Assembly: GCF_018977255.1 (NCBI RefSeq)
Contig: NW_024704742.1
Location: forward strand, 121,336,001-121,400,000
Length of the DNA: 64,000 nucleotides
Direction: 5' to 3'
Origin: Callorhinchus milii
Taxonomy: Eukaryota
A model generated the notes under the pieces. That model was not told the origin of the DNA. It searched no databases and saw only the letters and a program-made list of their open reading frames with translations. The translations under genes and the position numbers were made by a program. Of the stretch, positions 51,985 to 64,000 are shown in pieces. How positions within the stretch are numbered: position 1 is the stretch's first letter; each line of letters opens with the position of its first letter.

Positions 51985-52670
51985 CCATTACAATTTACAC
52001 TTATATAGCACCTTTCATGTTGGGGGAGGGGGGATGTCTCAAAGTGTTTCGACAATTCTGGCCGGACGCCGGAACTCCGGGAGGAAGCTGAGGAGGGGAA
52101 AGATGACTGAAAGTATGATTAAAGAGGTATGTTTTGAGGCATACCTTGAATTAGGGGAGGGAGGAAGCAAGTTGAAGGGACCAAGTTGGAGAGACCTGAG
52201 CATTAGTACCAGCACTAAATGGCTTACAGCCCACTTGCCGATGGTGGAGCAGGTAATGAGCGGGGAACGTAGAGTGGGCTATCATCAGCTGAGTGAATGA
52301 AATGGCCAGGTTTGTATGGATGAAGGAGGCTGCAGACGTAAGGTGGGCCGAGACTAGGGAGGGATTGAATTCGATTCCAGTGCAGCTAAGTAAGAATAAT
52401 CGCAATAGAGTTGGTATGGGAGTGGACACGGGCTGCAGTGTTCTGGATAGTCTGCGCAGGGTAGCACTGGGCAAGCAAAACATTGGCACTACTGAGCTTG
52501 GACATAATAAAGGCATGGATTAGTATCTCGGCAGCCCAGGGTGAGAGGTATTGTGTGAGCTGTGTGAGATTGTGGAAGTGAGGGGAAGCTGAGCGAGTGA
52601 GAGCACAGTTTGAGTGACAGTTGGGGGTCAAACAAGACAATGAGGTTCCAGAACAGCTCCGCAAGATGTT
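51985..52670 (-). mobile_element. Older L2 LINE 3' fragment
   Basis: Minus-strand translation fragments LSPWAAEILIHAFIMSKL...IQNTAARV; L2 tail near 51985. Confidence 0.8.
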
Positions 52671-52695
52671 ATATGCAACCATGAAACTTGATGCT

Positions 52696-53968
52696 AACAA
52701 CAAAATTACATTTGGATAGCGCCTTCAGACCTCCCAAGGCACTGAACAGTGTTTCGTACCTGAGCTGGGGGGGGGGGGGGGTCGGAATTGGAGAGGGTGG
52801 AGAAGCAGGGTGAGAGAAAGCAGTCGAAGGAGGGTCTTGAGAGGGATCTTGAAGGAGGCAAGGGCAGGGGCGAGGCAGAGGGACTGCGGGATCGAGTTCC
52901 AGAGGGTGGGGGCAGAGTGGCAAAAGGCCCGCTCATCAATGGTGGGATGGGTGAGATGGGGGACATGAAGCAGGCTGGAGCCCGCTGAGTGGAGGGAGCG
53001 CGCAGGACAGTAGGGGCTTGGGAGGCCACAGAGTTAGGAGGGAGCAAGGCCATGGTGGTCTTTGAAGGTGAGAACCAGGATCTTGAACTGTATCCTCTGT
53101 GTGATGGGAAGCCAGTGGAGTCAGGCGAGGATGGGGGTGATAGGGTCACAGAGCCTGGTGCAGGAGAGGATACGGACTGCAGAGTTCTGGATGAGCTGCA
53201 GCCTATGGAGGGAGGAGTTGGGGAGGACGACAAGCAGGGAGTTTGCATAGTCAAGCCTGGATGTTATGAATGCGTGTATGAGGGTTTCGGTGGAGCTGGA
53301 TGATGTTGCGGAGGTGGGGGAAGGCAGAGCGGGTCATGGCACAGATGTGGGGTAGAAAGGATAGTTGAGTGTCAAACAAGATGCCAAGGTTCCCGACTGG
53401 CTTAGTAAGGTGGAGTGTGCATCCATTGATGGTGATGCTGTCAGCGCCTGACGTGTGAAGGCGCAGACCGAAGCCAATCAGCAGGCCTCAGTCTTGTTGA
53501 CAGGCAGTGCCTGAAGTGAGAAGGCATTGATGGGCAACAAGTCTAAGGGCTTCATAAGGGCCTGAGTCTTGTCAATATTTAATTGGAGAAAGACTGAGCT
53601 TGTCCAGGGTTTGATGTCTGACAACTGGTCAGAAGAGCAGTGGTCCTGGAGTCGAGAGCGGAGGCAAAGAGAGTGAATTGCATGCATTCGCATACATGTG
53701 GAATTGAAGCCCATGTTTGCAGATGATGTCGCTAAGCGGGAACAATAACAACAACTTGCATTTATATAGTGCGCTTCACGTAAGTCAGCATCTCAGAGCA
53801 CTGATAGCGAAAAGAAACAAGGATAGAGTCTTGAGGAACACTGCAAGTGACTGTGCAGGGGGCAGGAGGAAAAGCTGTTGGAAGAGATAAAGTGGAGACA
53901 CTGAGACACGTAGGAATGAAACCAGGAAAGGTGGAGCTAAGAGCAGAGATGTTGGGAGAAGGCGTGGT
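52696..53968 (-). mobile_element. L2 LINE fragment covering decayed RT and the C-terminus; interrupted by a short L2 tail at about 53742-53810
   Basis: Fragments VTCSVPQDSIL (GVPQGS motif), KHGLQFHMYANA (decayed YADD) and FLQLNIDKT; L2 tail at 52696. Confidence 0.85.
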
Positions 53969-54315
53969 CAACAACAACTTGCATTTATATAGCACACTTC
54001 ACACCAGACCACATCTCGGGAGCGCTTAACAGTGGCAGAGCCTGATGCCGAGCTAGAGGGAAGGTGATCGCAGGCACTGTCAAAGAGGAAGTCTTACAGC
54101 ACAACCGTAAAATGGGGAGAAAGGGGACAAGGTGAAGGGATTGAGGGAGAGGGTTCCACAGATTCGGGGCGTAGTTGTTGAAAGCATGGCCGCCAATAGT
54201 GGGGAGGAAGGTCCAGGGGACAAGGAGGAGGCCGGAGCCAGTTGAGCAGAGGCAGTGAGTAGTGTAGGGAGAGAGCAGGTTGGAGAGACAGTGGGCTGCC
54301 AGGGCGTGAAGGGAA
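53969..54315 (-). mobile_element. L2 3' fragment (family B)
   Basis: caacaacaacttgcatttatatagcac tail; homologous to 3280-3540 and 9330-9490. Confidence 0.75.
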
Positions 54316-55083
54316 TTAAATCAACTATATCATGTTATGTCAATTAGAAAAGGCAAGAAGTTGTGAAACAAAGTTAACAATAATAATACTTACAATTTGT
54401 TAAAGCACCTTTCACGTCAGGAGGACGGCTCAAAGCGCTTCCCAGCATATATTGTAAAGTGTAGTGATTGAGCATTTTTAAGGCAAAGTTAGAATGCAAG
54501 GAAGCAGCATTCAGGCAATTTGAGCTGGTATATAAATTTACAAAGAGAACTCAGAAATGTTACCCTATCCACTTACGCAATCAAGTTTAAAAACTGGATA
54601 TGAATCTACATTACTCAATCCTAACCAGCAGTATTCCCTTTCCCATTGGTGTGTGTCTGTCTCGGTGTGGTACAGGGCTGGTTGTGCGTGAAAAAAGGGG
54701 CCAATAAAGGGTAGGGTGGTCGAGGGAGTTCCAGAAGTTAGGGTGTAGGAACTGAAACTATGTGGTCACAGAGAGGGTAGGGGTCGCACAGCAAACCTGA
54801 GTTAGCTGAATGGAGAGGACAGACAGAGGAGTAGTGTAGGAGAATAGCACAACAAGAAAAAAAACATTTGGATATTTTTCTTAAAAATCTCAATGTTATG
54901 AGTTTTTCCATTGGGTTAAACCTCAGATGCCACAGTTATTTATTTGCCTTCTGGCATCCTCAGAGAGTCAATGGTCAGGCACTACCAAACCATGGGGGAT
55001 GTGCAGGGTGGGAGACGAAAGAAAGAATAAAAGGCGAGAGCTCAAATGAAAGTTATACCTGAGCACCGGGTGCAGAAGGTTAG

Positions 55084-55190
55084 CACCCAGGTGGCTCGGG
55101 TTCAAATCCAGTTCAGCAGAACAGGATGCAAGGCTCCTCTCTCCACTGACTGCAAAGTCATCATTGAAATAAATAGTCAGTCTCACTGCT
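55084..55190 (+). mobile_element. Possible LF-SINE-related relic (5' part)
   Basis: cacccaggtggctcgggttcaaatccagttcag...tgaaataaatagtcagtctca resembles the recalled LF-SINE head. Confidence 0.35.
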
Positions 55191-55495
55191 TCAGGGAGGT
55201 TATCAATAAATTCAGTGACAAGGAAAGATCGAGAGAGAGAGAGAGAGAGAGAGCACAAAAAAGAGATAGAAAAATCAGAGAATGAGCCCATCCAAGAGAG
55301 CCAGACAGAAAGAGTGAGGCAGAGTCCATGCCGCTATCCGTCCATCTCCCCACTCACAGCCCGTCTTCTTCCCCTCCAGCCTGTCTCTCCCCACCTCCTC
55401 CCCCCACCCCGTTCCCCTCCCACTGTCCCACAAATGCAAGAATTATTATTATTATTCTCTCTCTTCCCTCCGCCATCACTTCCTCTCCCCATCTA

Positions 55496-56221
55496 AACAA
55501 CAACATTTCATTTATAGAGTGCCTTTCACGTTGGGAGGACGTCCCAAGGCGCTGGACAGTTGGGTCAGGACCCGAGGAGGGGGGAAATGGTCAGGGTGAG
55601 GGGAGGGAAGGGAGGGAGCGAGGAGGGGGTAGATAGTCGAGAGGGGAGCTGAAGGCACGGTCAAAGAGAAAGGTCTTGAGACCGGCCTTGAAGGAGGAAA
55701 GGGAGGAAGCAAGGCGAAGGCACTGGGGGATGGAGTTCCAGAGCCTAGGGCCTGAGAGGCTGAAGGCCCGGCCACCGATGGTAGGGCGGTTGGGGCGGGG
55801 GATGTGGAGCAGACCGGAGCCAGAGGAAAGGAGGGTACGGGCAGGTAAGTAGGGGGATAGTAGGTTGGAGAGGTAGGAGGGAGCAAGGCCGTGAATGGCC
55901 TTGTAGGTGAGGATGAGGATCTTGAAATCAATCCTCTGGGGGATGGGGAGCCAGTGGAGGCGAGCGAGGGTGGGAGTGATGTGGTCCCGAAGCCTGGTGC
56001 GGGACAGTACACGAGCTGCAGAGTTCTGAATGACCTGCAGTGTGGAGGGAGGTGGCGGGAAGGCCGGCGAGGAGAGAGTTCCCATAGTCCAGCCTTGAGG
56101 TGACAAAGGCGTGGATCAGAGTTTCAGCAGCGTGAGGGGTGAGGTAGTGCCGTAGTCTGGCAATGTTTTGGAGGTGATGGAAGGCGGTGCCAGTTGTGGC
56201 GCGGATATGAGGGAGAAAGGA
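55496..56221 (-). mobile_element. Young L2 LINE (family A), 5'-truncated
   Basis: LQVIQNSAARVLSRTRLRDHITPTLARLHWLPIPQRIDFKILILTYKAIHGLAPSYL...RAFSLSGPRLWNSIP...FKAGLKTFLF is open, CpG-rich, with an intact tail. Confidence 0.95.
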
Positions 56222-56224
56222 CTT

Positions 56225-57620
56225 TCATCAACATTTAAAAAGCAAATGAATAGTTAGAGGTGGAGCAAAAGGGGAAATCTATTTATAGAAAATGAAGCTA
56301 TGACAGAAATACTCAATGATACTTAAACTCAACCTTTACAGAGTGGTGGTGAGATATTGAGTGCACAAGGGGAGGATGTGCAACAATTAGAAAGGATAAC
56401 TATAGAAAAGGAAGTGGTGCTAAAGAAGTTGATGGAACTCAAAGACAAGTCACCAGGGACTGATGGATGGCAGGGAGATTACAGTTGATGCTCTTGACTA
56501 TGGTTTTTCAAACATCATTGTTTGATTTGAAAGTTGTGCCATGAGACTGGAGGGTAGCTAACGTAATGCCTCCGTTTAAAAAAAAGGAGAATGGGACCCA
56601 CTGAGTAATTATAGGCCAGTCAGTCCAACACCCATAATGGGCAAACTTTTAGAGGCTATAATACAGTATAATGTTAATAACCACTTAGAAAGACACAGGT
56701 GGATTAAAGGTCAGCATGGATTTGTTAAAGGCTTGACAAATCCAACAGAGTTCCTTGATAGCAGTTCCAAGTGAATAGATGAAGACAATGCTGTGAATGT
56801 GGAAAGTATGGATTTCCATAAGCATTTTGATAAGTTGCCGCACAGGAGGCTTGTTAAAAAAACAAAAAGCCACATGGTATTAATGAAAAAATAGCAAGCA
56901 GCATATATAGAAAGTTGGTTAAAGGATAGATAACAGAGACAACTACAAATTACATTTGTAAAGTGCCTTTTACGTCAGGAGGACGTCCCAAGGCGCTGAA
57001 CAATCAGGGATCCACACCCGAGCTGGTGGTTGGGTTCAGAAGGGGTGGAGGGCGGGGGGTTAGCAGGGAGGATGTGAGGTGGAGGGACTCAGGGTTGGAG
57101 TTCCAGAGGGTGGGGGGAGAGAGGCTAAGAGCAGAGAGGCTGAAGGCCCGCCCACCAATGGTGGGGTGGGCAAAACAGGGGACGTGAAGCAGGCTGGAGC
57201 CTGATGAAGCAGGCCAAAGACAGAGTACATGCTTGTTATTCGCGATAGAGAGATGCAAATAGTGGTCTGCTCCAGGGGTCTGGCTTAGGACCACTGCTTT
57301 CTCCACTTATATGATGGATCTGGATTCTGGTGAAAGGGACAAAATTTCTGCAAGTTTTGCAAATAACACAAAAATAGGGAGAGTAACAAACAATTCAGAA
57401 AATGTTAAGCACTTCAGTGGAACATGGACTGATTAGATGATTTGACAAGAGAAATGGCAAATGAAATTTAATGCAGACAAATGTGAGGTCATACATTTTG
57501 AGAATAAGAGAAACAAGTATTTGTTGGGTGGTAAGATATTAAAAGCAGTGGAAGAAGCAAAGAGACATAACAAATAAATCTTTAAAGGTGGGAAGGCAGG
57601 TGGACAAAGCAAATTGTATC
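56225..57620 (+). mobile_element. Decayed CR1 LINE RT region, split by an L2 insertion
   Basis: Fragments DWRVANVMPPFKK, NYRPVS, GKLLE, QHGFVKG, PQGS.LGPLL and WQMKFNADKCEVIHF, with stops and frameshifts. Confidence 0.88.
56938..57205 (-). mobile_element. L2 3' fragment nested in CR1
   Basis: Translates PTIGGRAFSLS...LWNS; L2 tail near 56940. Confidence 0.85.
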
Positions 57621-57710
57621 ATTGCAAATAACATTTACATAGCGCCTTTCATGTCAAGAGGATGTCTCAAAGTACTCGACACTGCTGGCTGGGCACCTGA
57701 GCTGGGAGGA

Positions 57711-57806
57711 AGAGCCAAAGGGGGTAAGAGCCAAAGGGAGTGAGAGCCAAAGGGGGTGAGAGCCAAAGGGGGTGAGAGCCAAAGGGGGTGAGAGCCAAAG
57801 GGGGTG
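57711..57806 (+). repeat. Minisatellite, 16 bp unit agagccaaagggggtg x6
   Basis: Six consecutive units, two with a single substitution; abuts an L2 tail at about 57630-57710. Confidence 0.95.
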
Positions 57807-60239
57807 GGTTGGGTAAGCTTTTCCACAGCTGAGATTACATAATTCAGCACAAAATGAAATTGAATTTTGTACATCTGTTTCACAACTAAGTAGTGGCTTT
57901 ACCAATAACTTTGTGCCATTGGAAAGCAGGAATTTTCATTGCACCTGATCTCATCAAAAGGTTTCAAAGCACTTTGCAAATAATTACTACCAAGTGTTAC
58001 AGTTTTCCATGCCAATCAGCAACGGCCCACCCATGAGGTGAATGATTGAGTAATGAAGGATTATTGACCAGGACATCAGGAGCAACTCCCTTCTCTTTTT
58101 GAATAGCGTCATGGGATCTTTCATATGTACTTCAATAGGCTGGCAGGAACTCAGTTTAACATCTCATCTGCCAGATGAGACCTCTGATAGTGGAGCGCTC
58201 CCCCTCATTAGGGGAACTTCATTGATGGAATAAACCAATTTTATTTTTGCCCTTGCCTCGACCCCGTACGAAAAGCACTTTCAAAATTAATTCCACCCTT
58301 GGAATAACCATGATGAGAAATTGGATGAAATCAAGACACCAAAATGCTACATCTGGAAAACTATACCAGCGCAGTTGTCTAAAGGACAACTGCATTCTGC
58401 ATTCAATTTAAAGTTTTCAGTTTGTACTTCAGTACACGCAGCAGGCCTGTGCTCCAAAGCACTTTGTAAAGATACTGAAGTCTCAACAGGATTCCCAATT
58501 TATGGCTGAACAAATGATAGGCCCATCATTAAACACAAGCCAAACTCAATTAAAAACAAATGTTCGCAGTTTATCTTTATGGATCTCTCAACTTGGCTGA
58601 TACAAGAATTTAAAAAAAAAGCCATTTCAGAAATGCAGAGAAAAAGTTTGTGATGTGCGAAAGCCAGCACATGTTTCATCACACCGGAACTGTGCACTTG
58701 CGACAGAGAGTGCTGTCAGGAGTCTGCTCCACTAAATATTCAGAGGATATGCATCAGATCATGCCAAAAGGGAAGCAACATGGGAAATCATCACCTCACT
58801 TAAAAAAAGTGAATTTTAAGCACCAGTTATTTTTTTTCCACAAAGGTCAGCAAATTTTACCTCTTCACTTAATTGTCTAGATGTTGACATTCACTATTGC
58901 ATGTACTCTGGAGCTAAGCATCAGAATGAGCGTTTGTTACGAACCACAGCTCCTCTGCTGGTTTTCTTATGTGCCTTGACAAAATCTCTTCTGCCCTTAC
59001 TCCACATTCTTCTGATTTGGGTATCACTGCCTAGTTTTAAAACCCTCTTTTGAAAAACACACATTTTGGACTGTGCCTTCTGTCAACATCTTTAAATCTC
59101 CCTTTTCCCTGCTTGGTGCTCTCCATTACACCTGTCAAGGACTTCAAGACATTCAGAGAGGCATAATAGTGCAAGATCTCATAGCCTAGTGATATTTTGT
59201 CTCTAATGGAACTCTTCCTGAGAACAATATTAGGATCCAATTATCCCTACCCCAACAAAGGGGAAAACACACTTTTCAACCCCGAAGCTTTAAAAATAGC
59301 TACAATACCACTACAACAGAAAATAAATTTCTCCCCCCACCCCAAAATGAAAAATAATTCTGTCCATCCTCATAATTCATTGGATGAAATCACTACCAAT
59401 TTGAATTCCCTTCCTAATCACCCTTTTATTTCTTTGTGTTATCACACTTCCAGATTAATGTAAGAATGCTGCGTAAACTATCTCAATGTCCAGTATACCC
59501 ATCCCTCCATTCCAAATCTAGCTCTCAAATAATAGTGCAGAAAGAATGGAGATCAATTTAAAATGAACTCAGACTGCACAATACAAACGTTTCTGGAAAC
59601 CTAAGTGTAGAGATCCCAACAGATATTAACCAAACACAGAGTCACCCACTCAAGGAAGTAAAGGTGGGTGGGGGAGGAATGGAAAGAGAGAGAGAGAGAG
59701 ATAATACCATATTGGGTAATGGCAGGTTTATTGGGTAGACATGGATCAGCACAAGCCACTAATGCTAAAATTCACAAGAATTGTTCTTCCCACTTTATGA
59801 TGAAAAATTTTGGGATTTAGTGAATATTGGATATTGTTCCCTAATAAAAACACACATTCTTTGCTCAAGGAATTCCAAATTAAATTGTCTGACGGAAACT
59901 GATATTCAGGCTGGGTAATGACCAAAAATAACTGTTTCATAAACAAAAGACTAAATACAGGAGCCAGAAAATAGGGGGAGAAAGAAGAGACAATGAAAAG
60001 GGAACAAAGACTATTTCTAACCAGTAAAACAGTCAAGAAAAGAAAGAATCTAATGATCCAGTGGTTTAGACTACGTGGTCCCATCACCTTTGGAACTTGA
60101 GTTTAATTACTCCTCAAATTAAAGGGACAGTCTCCTAACTGACAGCTAAAAGAATTATGAGTGAAATGCATTTTGGCAGACTAACCAATTTGCAAATAGC
60201 CATAGGACTATTCAAGAATGATACAAAGTTGACTTCTGA

Positions 60240-60830
60240 TATTATAAAAAAATGCTGATGAAATCAAGTTATGTAGCTAGGTGACAAGTGTAGGGGAAAT
60301 GGATGGTAAATGGGAAACGATATTTATAGGCACCAACATCAATTAACTGGATGGGCTAAAGAATGGCAGATAGATTCAAGTGTGGATAAATGCAGGCTAA
60401 TGTAGATCTGTTCTAGAAACAGGTGTACACGCTGAATTGGTATTCACTGGTAAAGGTGGAATAGGATTTAGGTGTGATTGATGATTTACTGAAATTACCT
60501 ACTCAATGAGAAGCAGATAAACATGGCTAAACAAGTACTAGAAGCAACTCAAGGGGATTTGAAACATCTTTTTGGTTGCCTTTATAGCTGTAAAATTAAA
60601 CAGTTGACTGGAATTTTGCTCACAAATGTTAAGCAACCCATCTTCAAAAAGGACATTGATGCACTGGGTTAAACAGAAATTGAGGCTAGAAGTATTCTAG
60701 GGTATACAGAAAACAGGTTTATAAAGCAGATTTAGCTTTCATTAGAGATTAGAAAAATCAAGAGGATAAATTATCCATATCTTTAAATGGTGAAAAGCAT
60801 GGTTAATGTATAATTAAGCATGTTATTTAA
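60240..60830 (+). mobile_element. Highly decayed CR1 LINE ORF2 fragment
   Basis: gctgatgaaatcaag (ADD.K-like), tgggctaaagaatggcagat...gataaatgc (WA..WQM...DKC), ggatttaggtgtg (DLGV), aaaaaggacattgatgcactg (KKDIDAL). Confidence 0.7.
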
Positions 60831-61753
60831 GTGAAATAGCTGAAACAAAGAATAAGCAATACTTTGTTTTGAAGCACTTCATCATGTCCAACTTTTCAGC
60901 TATGCAGTTTAAGGCATGTTATGTAGCATAAATGTCATATCAAAAAAAAAGCAAATATAATTTTTTATGGAGTAAATTTCGGTGAAGAGGAATGCTCAAA
61001 TGACTGGAAAAAATCTTTACTGTTCTTTGAAATAGTGTCATGAAATCTAATGTCACCTGAAGGCTGGCTCTTCCAACAACAGTGAACACTCAATCAGAAC
61101 TACATCGCAGTATTAATTATCTGGCTGGGGGTAGGGCAGGAGAAATTTCAGAGCATTTTTGGGGGGAGTTATATCAACGGTTATTCATCTTTCAGAAAAC
61201 GAATTAAATATCCAGAGTTCATTGTGTATGGGCTGCTGATCAGGCGAATGTCCTTTTCTCATTCAGTGTTACTTGTTCACCACACAAACTGGCATATGAG
61301 CTACCAAACTGTCAAGTTTACTCAAGATAAGCCAAGAGATGAATAATATGTGAAATCTAACCAGTACTTCTATCTGCACCAGTGGCATTTTTCTGCTATT
61401 GGGATTAAACTATTTTGTAAGTGCTTTACTTTGCATCTAAGATAAGTTATACCTGATCTGGGAAAGTTTGACACTGATTACAAGGTGCTAAAAAGATGGA
61501 CCAACACCCCATTCCTCAGTACAGACATCCTGGGCACAAAACAGTCAAGAATGTGCTATAAATAGCTGAAGGCTCAGTAATATGCCTGCAAAGACTGATA
61601 GTGCTCAATCTTCAAAACAGATCAGTTCAACCTCATGCAGACCAGGCGAGTACATAAAGGGAGGGCGTTGTAGAAGAGGAAGACAAGATATTCTTTTCTT
61701 TAAGCAGGATATTTCTCACTCCAATGGGAATCTGCTCTCTGCCCTTACACTGT

Positions 61754-62073
61754 GTGTCAGCCTGTTTCCAATTGGTAGCACTCTCACCTCTGAGTCGGAA
61801 GGTTGTGGGTTCAAGCCCCACAATGGGACTTGGGACCCGTATAGTATATGCTACAATTCAGCTGCTTTGTCAGAGGTGCCGTCCTTTGGATAAGATGTTA
61901 TACTGAGGTTCCATCTGCCTGTTGTTAACAATCCCCAAAATAAAATTGGTTGTGGGACATTACGGAAATGTTCTCCCACAAAATAGTCAACCACTTTACA
62001 GTATATTCCATAAAGTGCTTTGAGACATCTCGATGACGTGATAAGACGCTATATCAAATGCAAGGATTATTAT
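61754..62073 (+). mobile_element. SacSINE1-like head with internal deletion and young-type tail
   Basis: ttggtagcactctcacctctgagtcggaaggttgtgggttcaagcccc...atatcaaatgcaaggattattatt. Confidence 0.8.
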
Positions 62074-63407
62074 TGTGTTATTGTAGTTAGATCACTCAGT
62101 AGAGGTAGTTTCAAAGTGTTTTTCAGTCATGGCTCAGCCAGACCAATAACACTGCCATATTATATTTGAATGGATATTACTTTTCTTAGTATATTTTAAC
62201 TTCCCAAAATAACTATTTTCTGTAGGAGGTGGACACTGTGAATACCAGGTATTTCATTAAGCCATTTCTGAATTGCCTTATTAACTGTCCCAGTTGCACC
62301 AATGGTTATAGGAACTATGATTGCCTTATACTGCTACATGCACATGCATTCAATTTCTAGGTCAACGTCCTTCCAGATCTTCTCTAGTTCCTGATTTCAT
62401 ACGTATGCACTTGTGAGTCGAAGATTATTGTGACGTTACCTTTTGATGACACTATTGCTGGTTGATGTCATTTGTCTTTACGTCAATATTATTAGTATAT
62501 TAATAATTTACTTTATGGCTGTTTGTAGGACATGATTGTGTGCAAATTGGATACAAATACACATACTTCACAGTAAAATCGTGTGAAGCACTCTGACACC
62601 GTTCAATGACATAAGGCTTATTTGTAACACAATTCCTCCCAAGTCAAATAGTCTGTCCAACCCTCCTCCCTCCAGACTCGCACATAAAAAATAACTTGGG
62701 TAAAAGTACCAGTGGGAGTTCAGCCAGATTGACCTGCTATTACCTTCAGGTGCTGAAAGAACGACAGTCAGTAACGTATCAAGTGAAGCTATCATTTGAT
62801 CCAAACTTACTTCTATAAGGTAAAAGATTTTAATATGAACATGAAAAAGGTCAGATCACAAGATCAAAAGGTTTGATATTCATCACACAGCATCACCACC
62901 AAAAGCAGTTCACCTTCTGGGGGCTCAGGCAGCCCCCACAGCTCTATTTTTCACTGTTTTTCCCCCCACTCGTATCTATACCAAAGAACCTCAACTAACT
63001 AATTTCTAGAACAACTCATCTCAGTAGCTATTGTGAACAGTTTAGTGCGGTCATGCACCCTCATTCTGCTGCAGACTGAAAAGCACAGCGAGTTAAGGCA
63101 TTGCTGCAGTTTCAATGGTTAAGACGTCTTTTGACACATTAGCAAACTGAAGCAAAAATACAGACTGATTGAAAGCTTACATATGCAGTATTTAAAGAAA
63201 CACTGTATAGCAGAACATTGATTATCCATACCTTAAAATTGGTGGATAATTCCAAGTTGCACTGCAGTTCTCAATATCCAGTTATTCTTAATATAATCAT
63301 CAGCTCAAATTCCTGGATTTGGGCTCATTATTGCTAATTTAGGGAATGATTGCTGCAGTAATGTACAGTCATTTAGACTAAATTACTGACGCCTGAGTAA
63401 CACCCCC

Positions 63408-63535
63408 TTTGTGGGCGTTTTGCCCACCAAATACAGTCACTACTTTCCAATATATCATATGAAGCGCTTTGAGATGTCTCAGTGACGTGATAAGGCACTA
63501 AATCAAATGCAAGGATCATCATTACTATTATTATA
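63408..63535 (+). mobile_element. SINE 3' fragment
   Basis: gaagcgctttgagatgtctc...aaatgcaaggatcatcattactattatt. Confidence 0.75.
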
Positions 63536-64000
63536 ATTGAGGTCCCAGGTAAAATTGAGATTCCAGGTACAAGAGAGAATCAGAGACATGTTATTGGCAC
63601 TGAAGATCATTTCCCACAGTGACAAGTTATTTAATGGTTAATAACACTAAAGTGTATGCAGTGAATATCTCATTATTCAGATATCATTGTGTGTGACATC
63701 CCCTGTTGTGTGAATGTCATACGAGGTACATCTACAGCCTACCACATTACAGTTAACGCCGTACACTATACAACGTCTAAAAAGGAAGAAGTATTCAGAA
63801 TTCTAGATTGGAGGCAAGCACGATGATAAGCTTTTATTTGGGGGATAAAACCTTACAATAGAAAACAAATCTATGTAATCAGTTGCAGGGTGTCCATTCA
63901 TTCAACTGTTCTTCTGAATGGAGCAAAGAGAACAAAGCTACTTGAAGCCATTTCCTCGTGCATAGATCTACTTTCATTTGCCATATACCATTCATATTAT

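Noticed and set aside
55591..56106. 171 aa ORF (and similar ORFs at 9586, 18200, 52706)
   Set aside because: C-terminal pieces or alternative frames of truncated L2 ORF2, not host genes.
57711..57806. Regular repeats suggestive of a CRISPR array
   Set aside because: Head-to-tail tandem units with no spacers, no cas genes, and a vertebrate intron context.
62568..62804. 78 aa minus-strand ORF as a possible upstream ZSWIM6 exon
   Set aside because: No similarity to the ZSWIM6 N-terminus as I recall it, runs into SINE sequence, and has no fitting splice sites.

Overview
Eukaryotic (vertebrate) genomic DNA, most likely a cartilaginous fish and probably a holocephalan (inferred from the repeat families). 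The only protein-coding content I can support is three internal exons of ZSWIM6 on the minus strand (4936-4580, 3120-2972, 826-676), with canonical AG/GT boundaries and one continuous frame containing the SWIM zinc finger. No upstream exon was found, so 4937-64000 appears to be one very long intron. It is filled with transposon debris: two tRNA-headed Deu-domain SINE families with L2-type tails, many truncated L2 LINEs, decayed CR1 LINEs, hAT-Charlie and Tigger-like MITEs (some nested), a Penelope-type inverted repeat with a degenerate hammerhead-like core, and ancient AmnSINE2/LF-SINE-like relics. Almost all listed ORFs are spurious or LINE-derived. I found no convincing new protein-coding system. 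The best leads are non-coding: an unclassified structured ~250 bp repeat in 3 copies, two SINE subfamilies whose anticodon co-segregates with an internal indel, the hammerhead-like hairpin, phase-symmetric exons that would give stop-free circRNAs, and a candidate poison exon. Repeat family names come from recalled consensus sequences, not a search, and repeat boundaries are approximate.
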